A DNA stretch of 64,000 bases from an uncultured Verrucomicrobiae bacterium (lineage in GTDB: Bacteria; Verrucomicrobiota; Verrucomicrobiia; Chthoniobacterales; JAFAMB01), in NCBI GenBank assembly GCA_963837955.1, contig CAWIPH010000002.1, positions 416,001 to 480,000 of the forward strand. Reading direction: 5' to 3'. How positions within the stretch are numbered: position 1 is the first letter of the stretch; the number at the start of each line of letters is the position of its first letter. Below the pieces are notes generated by a model. It ran no database searches and was not told the origin of the DNA. It saw nothing but the letters and a program-made list of their open reading frames with translations. The translations under genes were made by a program, and so were the position numbers. Positions 1-8,688 of the stretch are shown one piece after another.

Positions 1-765
1 AGCGACGGATTCGAGGGTGTGCGCCTCGTCAAACACAGCAAAATCATGCGGAAATAAATACCCCGCGGTGCGGCTCTCCGCGTCACCGACACTCTCGAGC
101 GCGACGAAAAACAGGGTGTGATTCACGACCACGATGTCAGCGGTCAGTAATTTCTTTCGTGCATTTTGATAAAAGCAGCGTCCGTCGTTTCCACAGCTTT
201 TCGGAGTGCAAATGTGCGGTTCGCTACAGATCTGTAGCCAGAGTTCCGGATCGGGTTCGATGTCGAGGTCGCTTAATGTCCCTTCCGTCGTTCTTTGGCT
301 CCAGGCTTTGATCCGCAGCAATTCCTCCCGGTCGGTCGAGGTAAAGAGATCTTCGCCGCCCTGGAGAGCGCGTTCGAGACGATTCGGACAGAGATAATTT
401 TGTCGTCCTTTGAGCAGAGTTGCTTCGAACGGTTGTTTGATGGCTGTCCGTGCGGCCGGAATGTCTTTCTGCAAGAGTTGCTCTTGTAGATTGATCGTGT
501 GGGTTGAGATGATCGCCTTTCGGCGATTTTCTAACGCGAACAAAATGGATGGAACAAGATACGCCAATGATTTGCCGACACCGGTGCCCCCTTCCACCAC
601 GAGCGACCGTCCGTCAGTCAAGGCGCGGGCAACGGCGGCAGCCATTTGCTGTTGTTGCGGTCGATACTCAAAGGTTTTCTGCGTCGCGAAAGGACCAGTT
701 TTCCCGAAAATGGTCCGCACCGACTCGGTAAAATCATTGTCAAAATCGTCCCTTAACGCGATCAC
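1..765 (-). CDS. DinG/YoaA family ATP-dependent helicase, N-terminal part (runs off the window edge)
   Basis: Translated by hand from GTG at 765: MIALRDDF...FEYRPQQQQMAAAV (Q motif)...LVVEGGTGVGKSLAYLVP (Walker A). Not in the ORF track because it is truncated. Confidence 0.85.
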   Translation of the reverse strand, partial: MIALRDDFDNDFTESVRTIFGKTGPFATQKTFEYRPQQQQMAAAVARALTDGRSLVVEGGTGVGKSLAYLVPSILFALENRRKAIISTHTINLQEQLLQKDIPAARTAIKQPFEATLLKGRQNYLCPNRLERALQGGEDLFTSTDREELLRIKAWSQRTTEGTLSDLDIEPDPELWLQICSEPHICTPKSCGNDGRCFYQNARKKLLTADIVVVNHTLFFVALESVGDAESRTAGYLFPHDFAVFDEAHTLESVA

Positions 766-790
766 TATCGGAGAGTGTAGATGAAGGGGA

Positions 791-917
791 AGCTAGAAGC
801 TAGAAGACGTGAAACGGAAATCTCGAACACCCGCTACCCACTCCCGATTCGTTAGCCTGCACTTGCAACCTGTAACCCGCACCCAGCAAACTTGTAACCT
901 CAGATCTGCAACCGTTC
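791..917. repeat. Degenerate 7-mer tandem tracts in a divergent intergenic region
   Basis: AGCTAGA-AGCTAGA-AGACGTG... and ACTTGCA-ACCTGTA-ACCCGCA... show 7-nt periodicity. Confidence 0.5.
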
Positions 918-952
918 GCTGGACTCGCGAGACACTCTGCTTATTTTAGCGC

Positions 953-2071
953 GTGTTCGGAATTTTTGATCGCTATCTTCTCAAAAGCTTTCTGGTCCCT
1001 TTCTCTTATTCGCTTTTCGGCATGCTGGGTATTTGGCTGGTTTACGATCTTGGCGTTAACGGCCCCAATTTTGTGGAGGCCCATATTCCGAGTCGCATCA
1101 TTGTACTCTACTACTTCGTTCAATCGCCCTACATGATCGTGAACTTCCTGCCGTTATGCGTCTTGCTCGGCCTGCTGTACGTGTTAACTCGGATGTCGCG
1201 CCGCAACGAGATCATCTCGATGCTGAGCGCCGGACGAAGTGTACCCCGTGTACTTTGGCCCCTTCTACTCTTTGGATTATTCCTCACTGGTCTTGGCACT
1301 TTCCTTAACTTCGAGCTCGCACCCAAAGGGTATTACGCTAACAACTACATGATCGACGAGGTTTCGAAAGGTCACTCCAAGACGACCCAACTCGACGGCC
1401 ATATTTTCGTGAACCGGCGCGAGTATCGGATTTGGTTTGTTCAGCATCTCAACACGAAAACGCAAGACATGCGCGGTATTGAGGTCACTCAACAGGACGC
1501 TAAAGAGACGATCGTTTCGATTGTTTATGCCGATGCGGCTTCCCATGATCGGTCAAATGGTGCCTGGGTTTTTTTCAACGGAAAGATCTCTCAAATCGAC
1601 CCGGAAGGGAACGTGACGGAGGAGGAATTCTTCGACCGCAAAGAGATTCCCGGATGGACCGAAACTCCGTGGCAAATCGGTAGCTCCGCTTTGAAGGGAA
1701 AGATGATGACTGTTCCCGAGCTGCAACGTTATCTAAAAACCAACGCGGATTTTCCGCCCGCGGCATTGGCGGACTATAAGTCTCAACTCTGGTATCGTTT
1801 CGCGCTGCCTTGGAACGCGCTGGTGGTAATCCTAGTGGCGAGTCCGATGTGTGTGGTTTTTTCTCGACGCGGCTCTCTTGGTGGCGTGGCGGGCGGTCTC
1901 CTGCTGTTCATTGCACTGTTTGCGGCAGGCAATATTTGTATGGCTTTGGGAGCGGGAGCCAGGATTTCTCCGATTGCCGCTGCCTGGACTCCGGTCATCC
2001 TATTCTTTGCAGTTGGTCTGTTTCTCATCTTTTTGCGAGCGACCAACCGGCCCATCCCTTTCCTGGGCTAA
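953..2071 (+). CDS. LptF/LptG family LPS export ABC permease
   Basis: 372 aa with IFDRYLLKSF start, RRNEIISMLSAG motif, 3+3 transmembrane layout and a periplasmic beta domain. Confidence 0.9.
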   Translation: MFGIFDRYLLKSFLVPFSYSLFGMLGIWLVYDLGVNGPNFVEAHIPSRIIVLYYFVQSPYMIVNFLPLCVLLGLLYVLTRMSRRNEIISMLSAGRSVPRVLWPLLLFGLFLTGLGTFLNFELAPKGYYANNYMIDEVSKGHSKTTQLDGHIFVNRREYRIWFVQHLNTKTQDMRGIEVTQQDAKETIVSIVYADAASHDRSNGAWVFFNGKISQIDPEGNVTEEEFFDRKEIPGWTETPWQIGSSALKGKMMTVPELQRYLKTNADFPPAALADYKSQLWYRFALPWNALVVILVASPMCVVFSRRGSLGGVAGGLLLFIALFAAGNICMALGAGARISPIAAAWTPVILFFAVGLFLIFLRATNRPIPFLG

Positions 2072-2076
2072 AGCCA

Positions 2077-2203
2077 ACGGGCTCGGCTTAGCCTCACCCG
2101 ATGACAGATGACAAATTCCAAATGACCAAAGAGAGGGAATACTGGATCACCTTGCTATCTGTCATCTGCCATTTGTCATCGGGCGAGGCTAAGCCGAGCC
2201 CGT
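2077..2203. repeat. REP/MITE-like inverted repeat, 40-bp arms
   Basis: 2077-2116 matches the reverse complement of 2164-2203 with 4 mismatches. Each arm holds a CGGGC..GGCTTAGCC..(G/A)CCCG palindrome plus ATGACA(G/A) heptamers. Confidence 0.85.
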
Positions 2204-3184
2204 CGTGCGTTGGTGCAGAACCTTGAATGCTGTTCCGGCGCCGCCAGGATCTAACGCAAACCGGGTAGCGGGATTGTCTTGCCGGACATTCTCTGGGTAC
2301 CATCTTTGGATAAACTCCCGTTGGGTGGCGTACCCGATCTCGGTGAAGCCCAGGGCATGACCCCAACGACGCAGATCGTCGAAATTCACATCGGCGGTTA
2401 GGTCTTGTTGCCCGGGTCTCCGATATATCTCCATCCCCTCAAGGCGCTGATGCTGGAAAAAGGCGCGGATCGGGGATGCGTAAATCTCATCGGCGGAACC
2501 GCCGTAATCGATCGTGAGAAGAGCGCCCGTCTGCAGCGAAGACGAAAGCTCTTTCAACCAGGAGAGATAACTCTCGTGAATCTCGACACTTTGACCAATC
2601 GCCGGAGTCCTGGAAAACGCACTGCTCTCCGGATAGACCTGAACCGGCATGGTGAGTTCCAGCCACTGGCCTTCCCGCAACTCAAGCCAGACCTCATGCC
2701 AACCAGTTTTTGTTCGGACAAACCGGCGGCAAGGAAACGCATCAACCAATTCGTTCGAGAAAAGGATCGCTGCGCCACCGGCAGCATTCAGCGCGTCCCC
2801 TACCGAGTCGAACCGTTTGATCCGGCGTAATGATCTCTTTCGGTGTCGGGTGCTAATATCGACGACATAATAACGAATATTTTCCCACGGCCGAAAACGT
2901 TGGAGAATTGAGCGCGCGAGTTGTTCGGTTCCTGAACCTAATTCTATCACCGTGGTACGCGGTAGTCGCAGGGCCTTGGTCTCGGCGCGAATCCAGCGAG
3001 CTAGGGCCCCTCCCAGTGAGTCGTCCAACGTCGCCGAAGTCGAGAAATCGCCGCCGCTACCGATCGTTTGCATCTGTGCCGAGTAATAACCATGGGTCGG
3101 GTGGTAGAGTGCCAATTCCATGAATCTGTCGAATCGGATCTTGCCGCCTTCTGTCTGTACCGCTTCGGCTAACCAGCTGGGCAT
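2189..3184 (-). CDS. SAM-dependent methyltransferase, MidA/NDUFAF7 family
   Basis: Motifs FDRFMELALY..GYY, GDFST, IELGSG, NELVDAFP, IDYG, QDLTADVNF. Confidence 0.88.
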   Translation of the reverse strand: MPSWLAEAVQTEGGKIRFDRFMELALYHPTHGYYSAQMQTIGSGGDFSTSATLDDSLGGALARWIRAETKALRLPRTTVIELGSGTEQLARSILQRFRPWENIRYYVVDISTRHRKRSLRRIKRFDSVGDALNAAGGAAILFSNELVDAFPCRRFVRTKTGWHEVWLELREGQWLELTMPVQVYPESSAFSRTPAIGQSVEIHESYLSWLKELSSSLQTGALLTIDYGGSADEIYASPIRAFFQHQRLEGMEIYRRPGQQDLTADVNFDDLRRWGHALGFTEIGYATQREFIQRWYPENVRQDNPATRFALDPGGAGTAFKVLHQRTTGSA

Positions 3185-3356
3185 CGGGGCGAGGGTCTCG
3201 AAAGCGATATCATAGCAGCAAAAGAACGCAAAAGATCACGGCCAATTTATGGGCGCTGGCCGGGCCGTTCTACAAGCCTGGGGTGAAAAGGCATCCGTTC
3301 GTTCAGGTTTCCTAACGAGGTCGCGAATACCGAGACTCTTTGCTCCTCGAAACCTC

Positions 3357-4436
3357 TTAGTCGGCGAATTTATGGCGGAATTCCGCGGCGTCTGTAAAAC
3401 GAGTCACAAACTCGGTTAGTAGTTGGATAGAACGCTCGACATCTTGCAGATCGACCGTCTCGACCGTCGAATGCATGTAGCGCATGGGGATAGAAATGAG
3501 GGCACTTGGAATGCCGCGTTTCGATTGGAAAATGAGATCGGTGTCGGTGCCAGTCGTGCGAGAGGAAGCTTCGTGTTGAATTGGAATCTCTAACTCCCCG
3601 GCGACCGTCGCGAGACGCTCGATCACCAGAGGGTGATTGGAACTACCATGGGTAAGCGAAGGGCCCCCTCCCAATTTCACCGAACCATGCTTGTTGCGAT
3701 CGATACCGGGAGAGTCAGTGGCGTGGGTCACGTCGAGAACAATAGCAACACTAGGTTCTAGGCGAAACGCGGCCATGCGCGCGCCGAATCCGCCGATCTC
3801 CTCCTGGACGGTGTTCAGCCCATAGACAGTTGCGTGACACCGGACCTGGAGCGCAGAAAGATTCGCGAAAACCTGGCTGATGATGAAGCCGCCGATACGA
3901 TTGTCGATCGCGCGGCCAACGACTTTTCCGGGCACTAATTCCTCCGCCGAGTCGATATACACCGCGGGATGACCTGTGCGGATCCCGCGTTCTTCGACTT
4001 CTTTTCGGGAACGGACGCCTATGTCCACGAACAGTTGATGAATCTCAGGAATTTTGTCGTCCTCTTTGTCGCGAAGATGAATCGCAGTATTTCCGAAAAC
4101 GCCAAGCACAGGCCCTTTGCTGCCCAAAATCTTGATGCGTTTGCTTCGAGCGATCGCCCGATCGCTTCCGCCAATGCGGTTTAAGTAGATGAATCCTTCG
4201 TCCGTGACGTTTTGGACCATGAACCCAATCTCGTCCGCATGAGCTGCTAGCATCACGGTAAGCGATTCGTCTTCTCCGTTCAGTGTCGCCCAGGCGTTTC
4301 CGTACGCATCGTTGTCCACGGAATCGCTGAACCGGCTCAGATAGTTCAACCAAACTTTCTGACCCTCGCCTTCGAAACCGGTCGGGCTGGGGGTATTGAG
4401 CAGGTGATAGAGGAATTGGAGTGCTTCGCTATTCAT
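3357..4436 (-). CDS. M42 family metallopeptidase
   Basis: Motifs PSPTGFE, AHADEIG, RAIDNRIG, QEEIG, LDVTH, GTDTD, RYMHS. Start moved to ATG 4436 (MNSEAL). Confidence 0.92.
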   Translation of the reverse strand: MNSEALQFLYHLLNTPSPTGFEGEGQKVWLNYLSRFSDSVDNDAYGNAWATLNGEDESLTVMLAAHADEIGFMVQNVTDEGFIYLNRIGGSDRAIARSKRIKILGSKGPVLGVFGNTAIHLRDKEDDKIPEIHQLFVDIGVRSRKEVEERGIRTGHPAVYIDSAEELVPGKVVGRAIDNRIGGFIISQVFANLSALQVRCHATVYGLNTVQEEIGGFGARMAAFRLEPSVAIVLDVTHATDSPGIDRNKHGSVKLGGGPSLTHGSSNHPLVIERLATVAGELEIPIQHEASSRTTGTDTDLIFQSKRGIPSALISIPMRYMHSTVETVDLQDVERSIQLLTEFVTRFTDAAEFRHKFAD

Positions 4437-4517
4437 AATCCAAGGAAGAGCCCACTTTACCCGGGATTCGCCTCGGACAAAGTGGAGTTGTACGTTTACG
4501 GGTAGGCACCCCTGATC

Positions 4518-4680
4518 GGTAGGGCGAAAACTTAGGCGCGCCGGGAATGTTGTGATGTCTGTTGCGTCATCAGCGCCGGGTTTGAGCCGGGTGCACGATC
4601 GGAGAAAGCGTCGACCTTTGGGTAAAACCACGACGGCTCAAGCCGCACCGGCGCCTGCCGGTCCAGGCTTTCGCCCTACC
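4518..4680. repeat. GTAG-type REP/REPIN-like long hairpin
   Basis: Perfect 12-bp ends GGTAGGGCGAAA / TTTCGCCCTACC, with inner pairings GCGCCGG/CCGGCGC and TTGAGCCG/CGGCTCAA. Confidence 0.7.
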
Positions 4681-4690
4681 AACGTGGAAT

Positions 4691-5668
4691 TTACTGCGCT
4701 TTTCGCTCTATAAAGAGGCGGCCCTCTCTCCGCCGGCAGAAGTGGTCTTGGGGTAGATTCGTTTTGGCTGGTTTTTCCCGCTCAACTAATTCTCGCACCG
4801 CTTCGATCTCATCGAATCCGACATTCGAAATCCCGAGCTGGCTTAACCACCGATGTATGACTCTTCGTTGTAGAGCTACCGGTAGAACCCGAATCTCGCG
4901 CACCGCAATCGATTTGCGGTCCCAGATCTCCGGAGTGATTTCTTCCAGCAGGTTCGCTTCCTCTCGAGCAATTTGGCTCAGCCGAAACAAATTGCGCTTC
5001 ACTGGACGTCCCAGAATGTTTTCGATTTCTGGAATCAATAGATTGCGGATGCGGTTCCGGGTATGCAGCGACTCCGCATTGGTTGCGTCTTCGCGGAAGC
5101 GCAGGCGATTTCGCTTTGCAAATTCCTGTAGTTCCACTTTCCAAGCGCCGAGCAAAGGCCGTACGACCAAGAGCGACTGTTCATCAACCTGAATAGTGGT
5201 CTCCAGTTCGATCGCAGCGTTTCCCAGCGAACCAGTGCCGCGCAGGATATTGAAAAGAAACGTCTCGACCTGATCGTCGGCATGGTGAGCCAGAAAGATG
5301 TGATTCGTCTGAAATTGTTTGGCTGCGTCGGAGAAGAAACGGTGGCGGGCTAGCCGGGCGGCCGTCTCAATCGAATTTTTTTTTGGCCAAGCTTCAATCG
5401 TTCTGGAAAGGCAGGGAAGCTGGAGCCGTTTAGCTAAACGCTCGACGAACTCGGCATCCTGGCGACTGGCTAACCCGCGAAGATCGTGGTTGAGATGACA
5501 GACCACCAGTTTCGAAAAGTCGAACCGCAGCAAGAGGTCTAGCAGTACGCGGGAATCAAGCCCCCCAGACACTCCGACCAGATAAGTCTGATCGCGCGGA
5601 TAGGCGTCTAACGCCTCGCGGACAGAACTCATCCAGGGAAAGGGTCCGCGTTTCTCGGCAGTCGCCAT
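4691..5668 (-). CDS. tilS: tRNA(Ile)-lysidine synthetase
   Basis: Motifs VGVSGGLDS (PP-loop), HLNHDLR, ETAAR, AHHADDQVET, RNRIR. Confidence 0.95.
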   Translation of the reverse strand: MATAEKRGPFPWMSSVREALDAYPRDQTYLVGVSGGLDSRVLLDLLLRFDFSKLVVCHLNHDLRGLASRQDAEFVERLAKRLQLPCLSRTIEAWPKKNSIETAARLARHRFFSDAAKQFQTNHIFLAHHADDQVETFLFNILRGTGSLGNAAIELETTIQVDEQSLLVVRPLLGAWKVELQEFAKRNRLRFREDATNAESLHTRNRIRNLLIPEIENILGRPVKRNLFRLSQIAREEANLLEEITPEIWDRKSIAVREIRVLPVALQRRVIHRWLSQLGISNVGFDEIEAVRELVEREKPAKTNLPQDHFCRRREGRLFIERKAQ

Positions 5669-5730
5669 TACTCAATACTGGAAAGAATAATGCCGGATCG
5701 GAACGCCGACAATGCTGGGAACGCCGGCTG

Positions 5731-5775
5731 GTCCGACGAAGCCTGCCGGAGTTTCAACGACGGCGCGAAGTTGGA
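5731..5775. repeat. GTCCGACGAAGC...GCGAAGT(C/T)GGA element, copy 1
   Basis: Same end motifs recur at 18062-18115 and 22631-22686. Confidence 0.65.
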
Positions 5776-5785
5776 GAACGCCGGG

Positions 5786-5825
5786 AACGCCAAACGCCAA
5801 ACGCCAAACGCCAAACGCCAAACGC
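5786..5825. repeat. Perfect heptamer tandem repeat (AACGCCA) x5.7
   Basis: Read directly from the sequence. Confidence 0.95.
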
Positions 5826-5838
5826 GCCGATACGACGG

Positions 5839-8670
5839 CTATTCTTCGCTTTCGACCGTGTGAAAGACGGCGAAGGGCAGCTCACCCAAGCTTGCCAGCG
5901 GGATCTGATCAATTCCCTTCTTCAAGGTTCGCTTGCTGAATAGATCTTGCATAGCGGGCAGCGATTCGTCGATCAGCAGTTGAGTGTCACCCCAGTCCGG
6001 AACTTCACCCGGCTTGCCGAGCTTTGTCGTGAGACGCGGTACGATAACCAGTACCGATTTCTCTTCGAGTCGCCGCAGAAAGGCTACACAGCAATCTTTC
6101 TTACTTCCAGTCGCGTACAGAGAGGAATATGTGCCGGACTGAAAAAGCTTCGGTTCCTGGCGGCGGAACTGCAGCAGGCGATGGATAATCGCGAGCTTGA
6201 TGAAGCCTCCTTTCCACTCCTTGAACAGGTGAGAGATGTCGCTTTCTTCGGCTTGGGCAAGAGCATTTTTCCGAATTGCGTAGTCGACTGGGTCGCGGTT
6301 GTCTGGGTCCACCAGTCGCAAATCCCAAAGTTCTGAGCCCTGAAAGAAGTCAGGGACGCCCGGACAAGTCAATTTGAGGATCGTTTGAGTCAGCGAATTT
6401 AGCATCCCATACCACGCCACTTTTTCGGCTGCGGTAAGCAGTGAGGAAGAGAGGGGACTCTTCGGTTGCAAAGTTTCTTTAACGAAGTGGTTGACCGCGT
6501 TCTCCCAGTCTTCGTTGGGCTGAATCCAGCTACTGTTTACCTTGGCTTCCTTGATTGCTTTCACCATGTAGCGCTGAATACGGGCGACATAGACGTCGTG
6601 GTCTTGGCTTTGGTCAACAGGCCAGGTCCCGAGCAATGTTTGGTAATACAGGTATTCCTCGTTGGCGCTGGGGGCGGTCTCGCCCTCTAGATCAGTTCGG
6701 GCGTGCGCGGTTAATTTGCGCCATCTCTTCAGCCAGACTTCCCATTCATCCGGGATCTCGCTGAGAACCGCGATGCGGGCTCGCACGTCCTCGCTTCGTT
6801 TGGTGTCGTGCGTTGTCAATGTGAGCAGGGTATGAGGAGTCTCGGCCAAGCGAAGTCGATTTCGCTCATGAAAATGTTCAATCGATATACCGAACTGTCT
6901 CGGGTTGCCGCCGACTTCGTTCAGGGTTGTGAGCCGGTTAAAGATGTAGAACGCAGTGTCTTCCAGCCCCTTGGCCATGATTGGGCCTGTGCATTGCTGG
7001 AACTTGTAAACGAACTCGAGCTGAAGCTCTCGGAAAGTCGGGTCAACACGCTCAAACGGTTCGAGTAGCAGAACGCTGCGAAGAAAATCAAAAATAGAGG
7101 TTTCGATGGCTGCATTCCGTCGCTTGGCAGCTCGCACTGCGCGTAGAATGACCAATCGATCGGTTTCTGAAACTCCAGTCTCGGCATTTATGTAGGTGCG
7201 ATAGACAGGAAAACAGGCGATCAATTCGCGCACCACGCCACTCAGTGAATCGAGGGTGAAATCGCGATGCATGCGGTCCCGCTCCGCCAATCCACTGAGG
7301 AGATGTCCCAGCGATTCCACGTCGCTGGACAGAGTGACGTCCATGACCAGTTTCTTTTTCTCGTAAATCAACGATTCGAAGTGGACATAGCGATCGATGA
7401 AATCTCGATAAATTCGAGAAAATCGATCGGCATGGCTGGCGTCCACCAGGAGTTGCGTGGCATCCGAGGCGAAATCGTAACCGGTCGTGCCGTGCACCGG
7501 CCAGTCGGTGCGCAGTCTTTCTTCTTCGGAAAGAATTTTTTCTACGATCAGATAAAAGCGACGGGTATTCGGGTCATCGTCAGTTTCCGATGGAGAAAGC
7601 GAACGGCGTTGCAACGCTTCCAAGTATTGCCTTGGATCATGTAATCCGTCCACATGATCGATGCGAACGCCCGTGACGATTCCGTCGTTCATCATTTGAA
7701 AAAGCCATTGGTGTATTGTCTCAAACACCTGTGGGTTTTCGACCTTGATCGCGGCCAGTTCATTGACGTCGAAGAATCGCCGGTAATTGATCTCTTCCGC
7801 AGCTACCCGCCAGTAGCTGAGGCGGTAGGCCTGGGAACTTAGGAGTTCATGCAATTCGTCAAATGACCTCGGATCGCCGACTCGACCCTCCAACTGATTG
7901 AGAGCGCCCTCGATAGCGTCACCAACTTGCGGGAATTCTGCGCAAAGCCGAGCGATCCGCCGCTTGACCACCTCTTTCTCGCGAGCTCGCTCACGTACCT
8001 TATCCTCAGTGATATCGGTGCGCGCCGGCAAATGTTCTAGCGAAGTCAGAATACTCTCCAACTCGAAGAACATGTCCTCGTCGCTGTAGCGAACTAATTT
8101 ATCGAGCGCGATCCTGAGGACCTGTGGGTAAGTGCGGGGATTGATAGGGAAGACGAAGTCATAGTAACAGACAAAAAACGCGCCCTCTCGGAACCGCAGA
8201 TTGAACTCGCCGCGTTCTAGGACTTTTCCGTATTGATCTCCCAGTACCGGGAGTAAAACCTTATTGCGCAGATTTTCTTTGATGGGATCCCAGTCAATGT
8301 CAAAAAATGCAGCGAACGCTGAGTTTGGCCCATTTTCGAGAACATCCATCCACCATTCGTTACTTGGATCGACGATCCCCATGTGGTTCGGCACGAAATC
8401 GACAATGTGACCCATGCCTCGATCATTAAGCATGGTAGTAAATGCCGCGAATTCTTGGGGCGTACCGATCGCCGGATTCAATTCATTGTGATTGGTCACG
8501 TCATATCCGTGAGTGCTGTCCGGACGTGACCGAAAGAAAGGCGAGCTGTAGATATCACTGATTCCCAAGCTTTCCAGGTAGGGAATGATTTCGCTCGCCT
8601 GATTGAACGTAAAGTTCCGATTGAGTTGCAATCGGTAGGTTGCTGTTGGAATGCGTGGTTGAGATGCCAT
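5839..8670 (-). CDS. treY: Malto-oligosyltrehalose synthase
   Basis: Motifs PTATYRLQ, STHGYDV, DFVPNHM, INYRRFFDV, RIDHVDGL, THDTKRSEDVR, LVDPDNR. Confidence 0.97.
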   Translation of the reverse strand: MASQPRIPTATYRLQLNRNFTFNQASEIIPYLESLGISDIYSSPFFRSRPDSTHGYDVTNHNELNPAIGTPQEFAAFTTMLNDRGMGHIVDFVPNHMGIVDPSNEWWMDVLENGPNSAFAAFFDIDWDPIKENLRNKVLLPVLGDQYGKVLERGEFNLRFREGAFFVCYYDFVFPINPRTYPQVLRIALDKLVRYSDEDMFFELESILTSLEHLPARTDITEDKVRERAREKEVVKRRIARLCAEFPQVGDAIEGALNQLEGRVGDPRSFDELHELLSSQAYRLSYWRVAAEEINYRRFFDVNELAAIKVENPQVFETIHQWLFQMMNDGIVTGVRIDHVDGLHDPRQYLEALQRRSLSPSETDDDPNTRRFYLIVEKILSEEERLRTDWPVHGTTGYDFASDATQLLVDASHADRFSRIYRDFIDRYVHFESLIYEKKKLVMDVTLSSDVESLGHLLSGLAERDRMHRDFTLDSLSGVVRELIACFPVYRTYINAETGVSETDRLVILRAVRAAKRRNAAIETSIFDFLRSVLLLEPFERVDPTFRELQLEFVYKFQQCTGPIMAKGLEDTAFYIFNRLTTLNEVGGNPRQFGISIEHFHERNRLRLAETPHTLLTLTTHDTKRSEDVRARIAVLSEIPDEWEVWLKRWRKLTAHARTDLEGETAPSANEEYLYYQTLLGTWPVDQSQDHDVYVARIQRYMVKAIKEAKVNSSWIQPNEDWENAVNHFVKETLQPKSPLSSSLLTAAEKVAWYGMLNSLTQTILKLTCPGVPDFFQGSELWDLRLVDPDNRDPVDYAIRKNALAQAEESDISHLFKEWKGGFIKLAIIHRLLQFRRQEPKLFQSGTYSSLYATGSKKDCCVAFLRRLEEKSVLVIVPRLTTKLGKPGEVPDWGDTQLLIDESLPAMQDLFSKRTLKKGIDQIPLASLGELPFAVFHTVESEE

Positions 8671-8688
8671 TTCCGGGTACCGCTGTTA

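Noticed and set aside
2189..3184. Functional link between the MidA/NDUFAF7 methyltransferase and the nuo operon
   Set aside because: The family acts on complex I in mitochondria, but the genes are over 23 kb apart with unrelated genes between, so proximity is not evidence.
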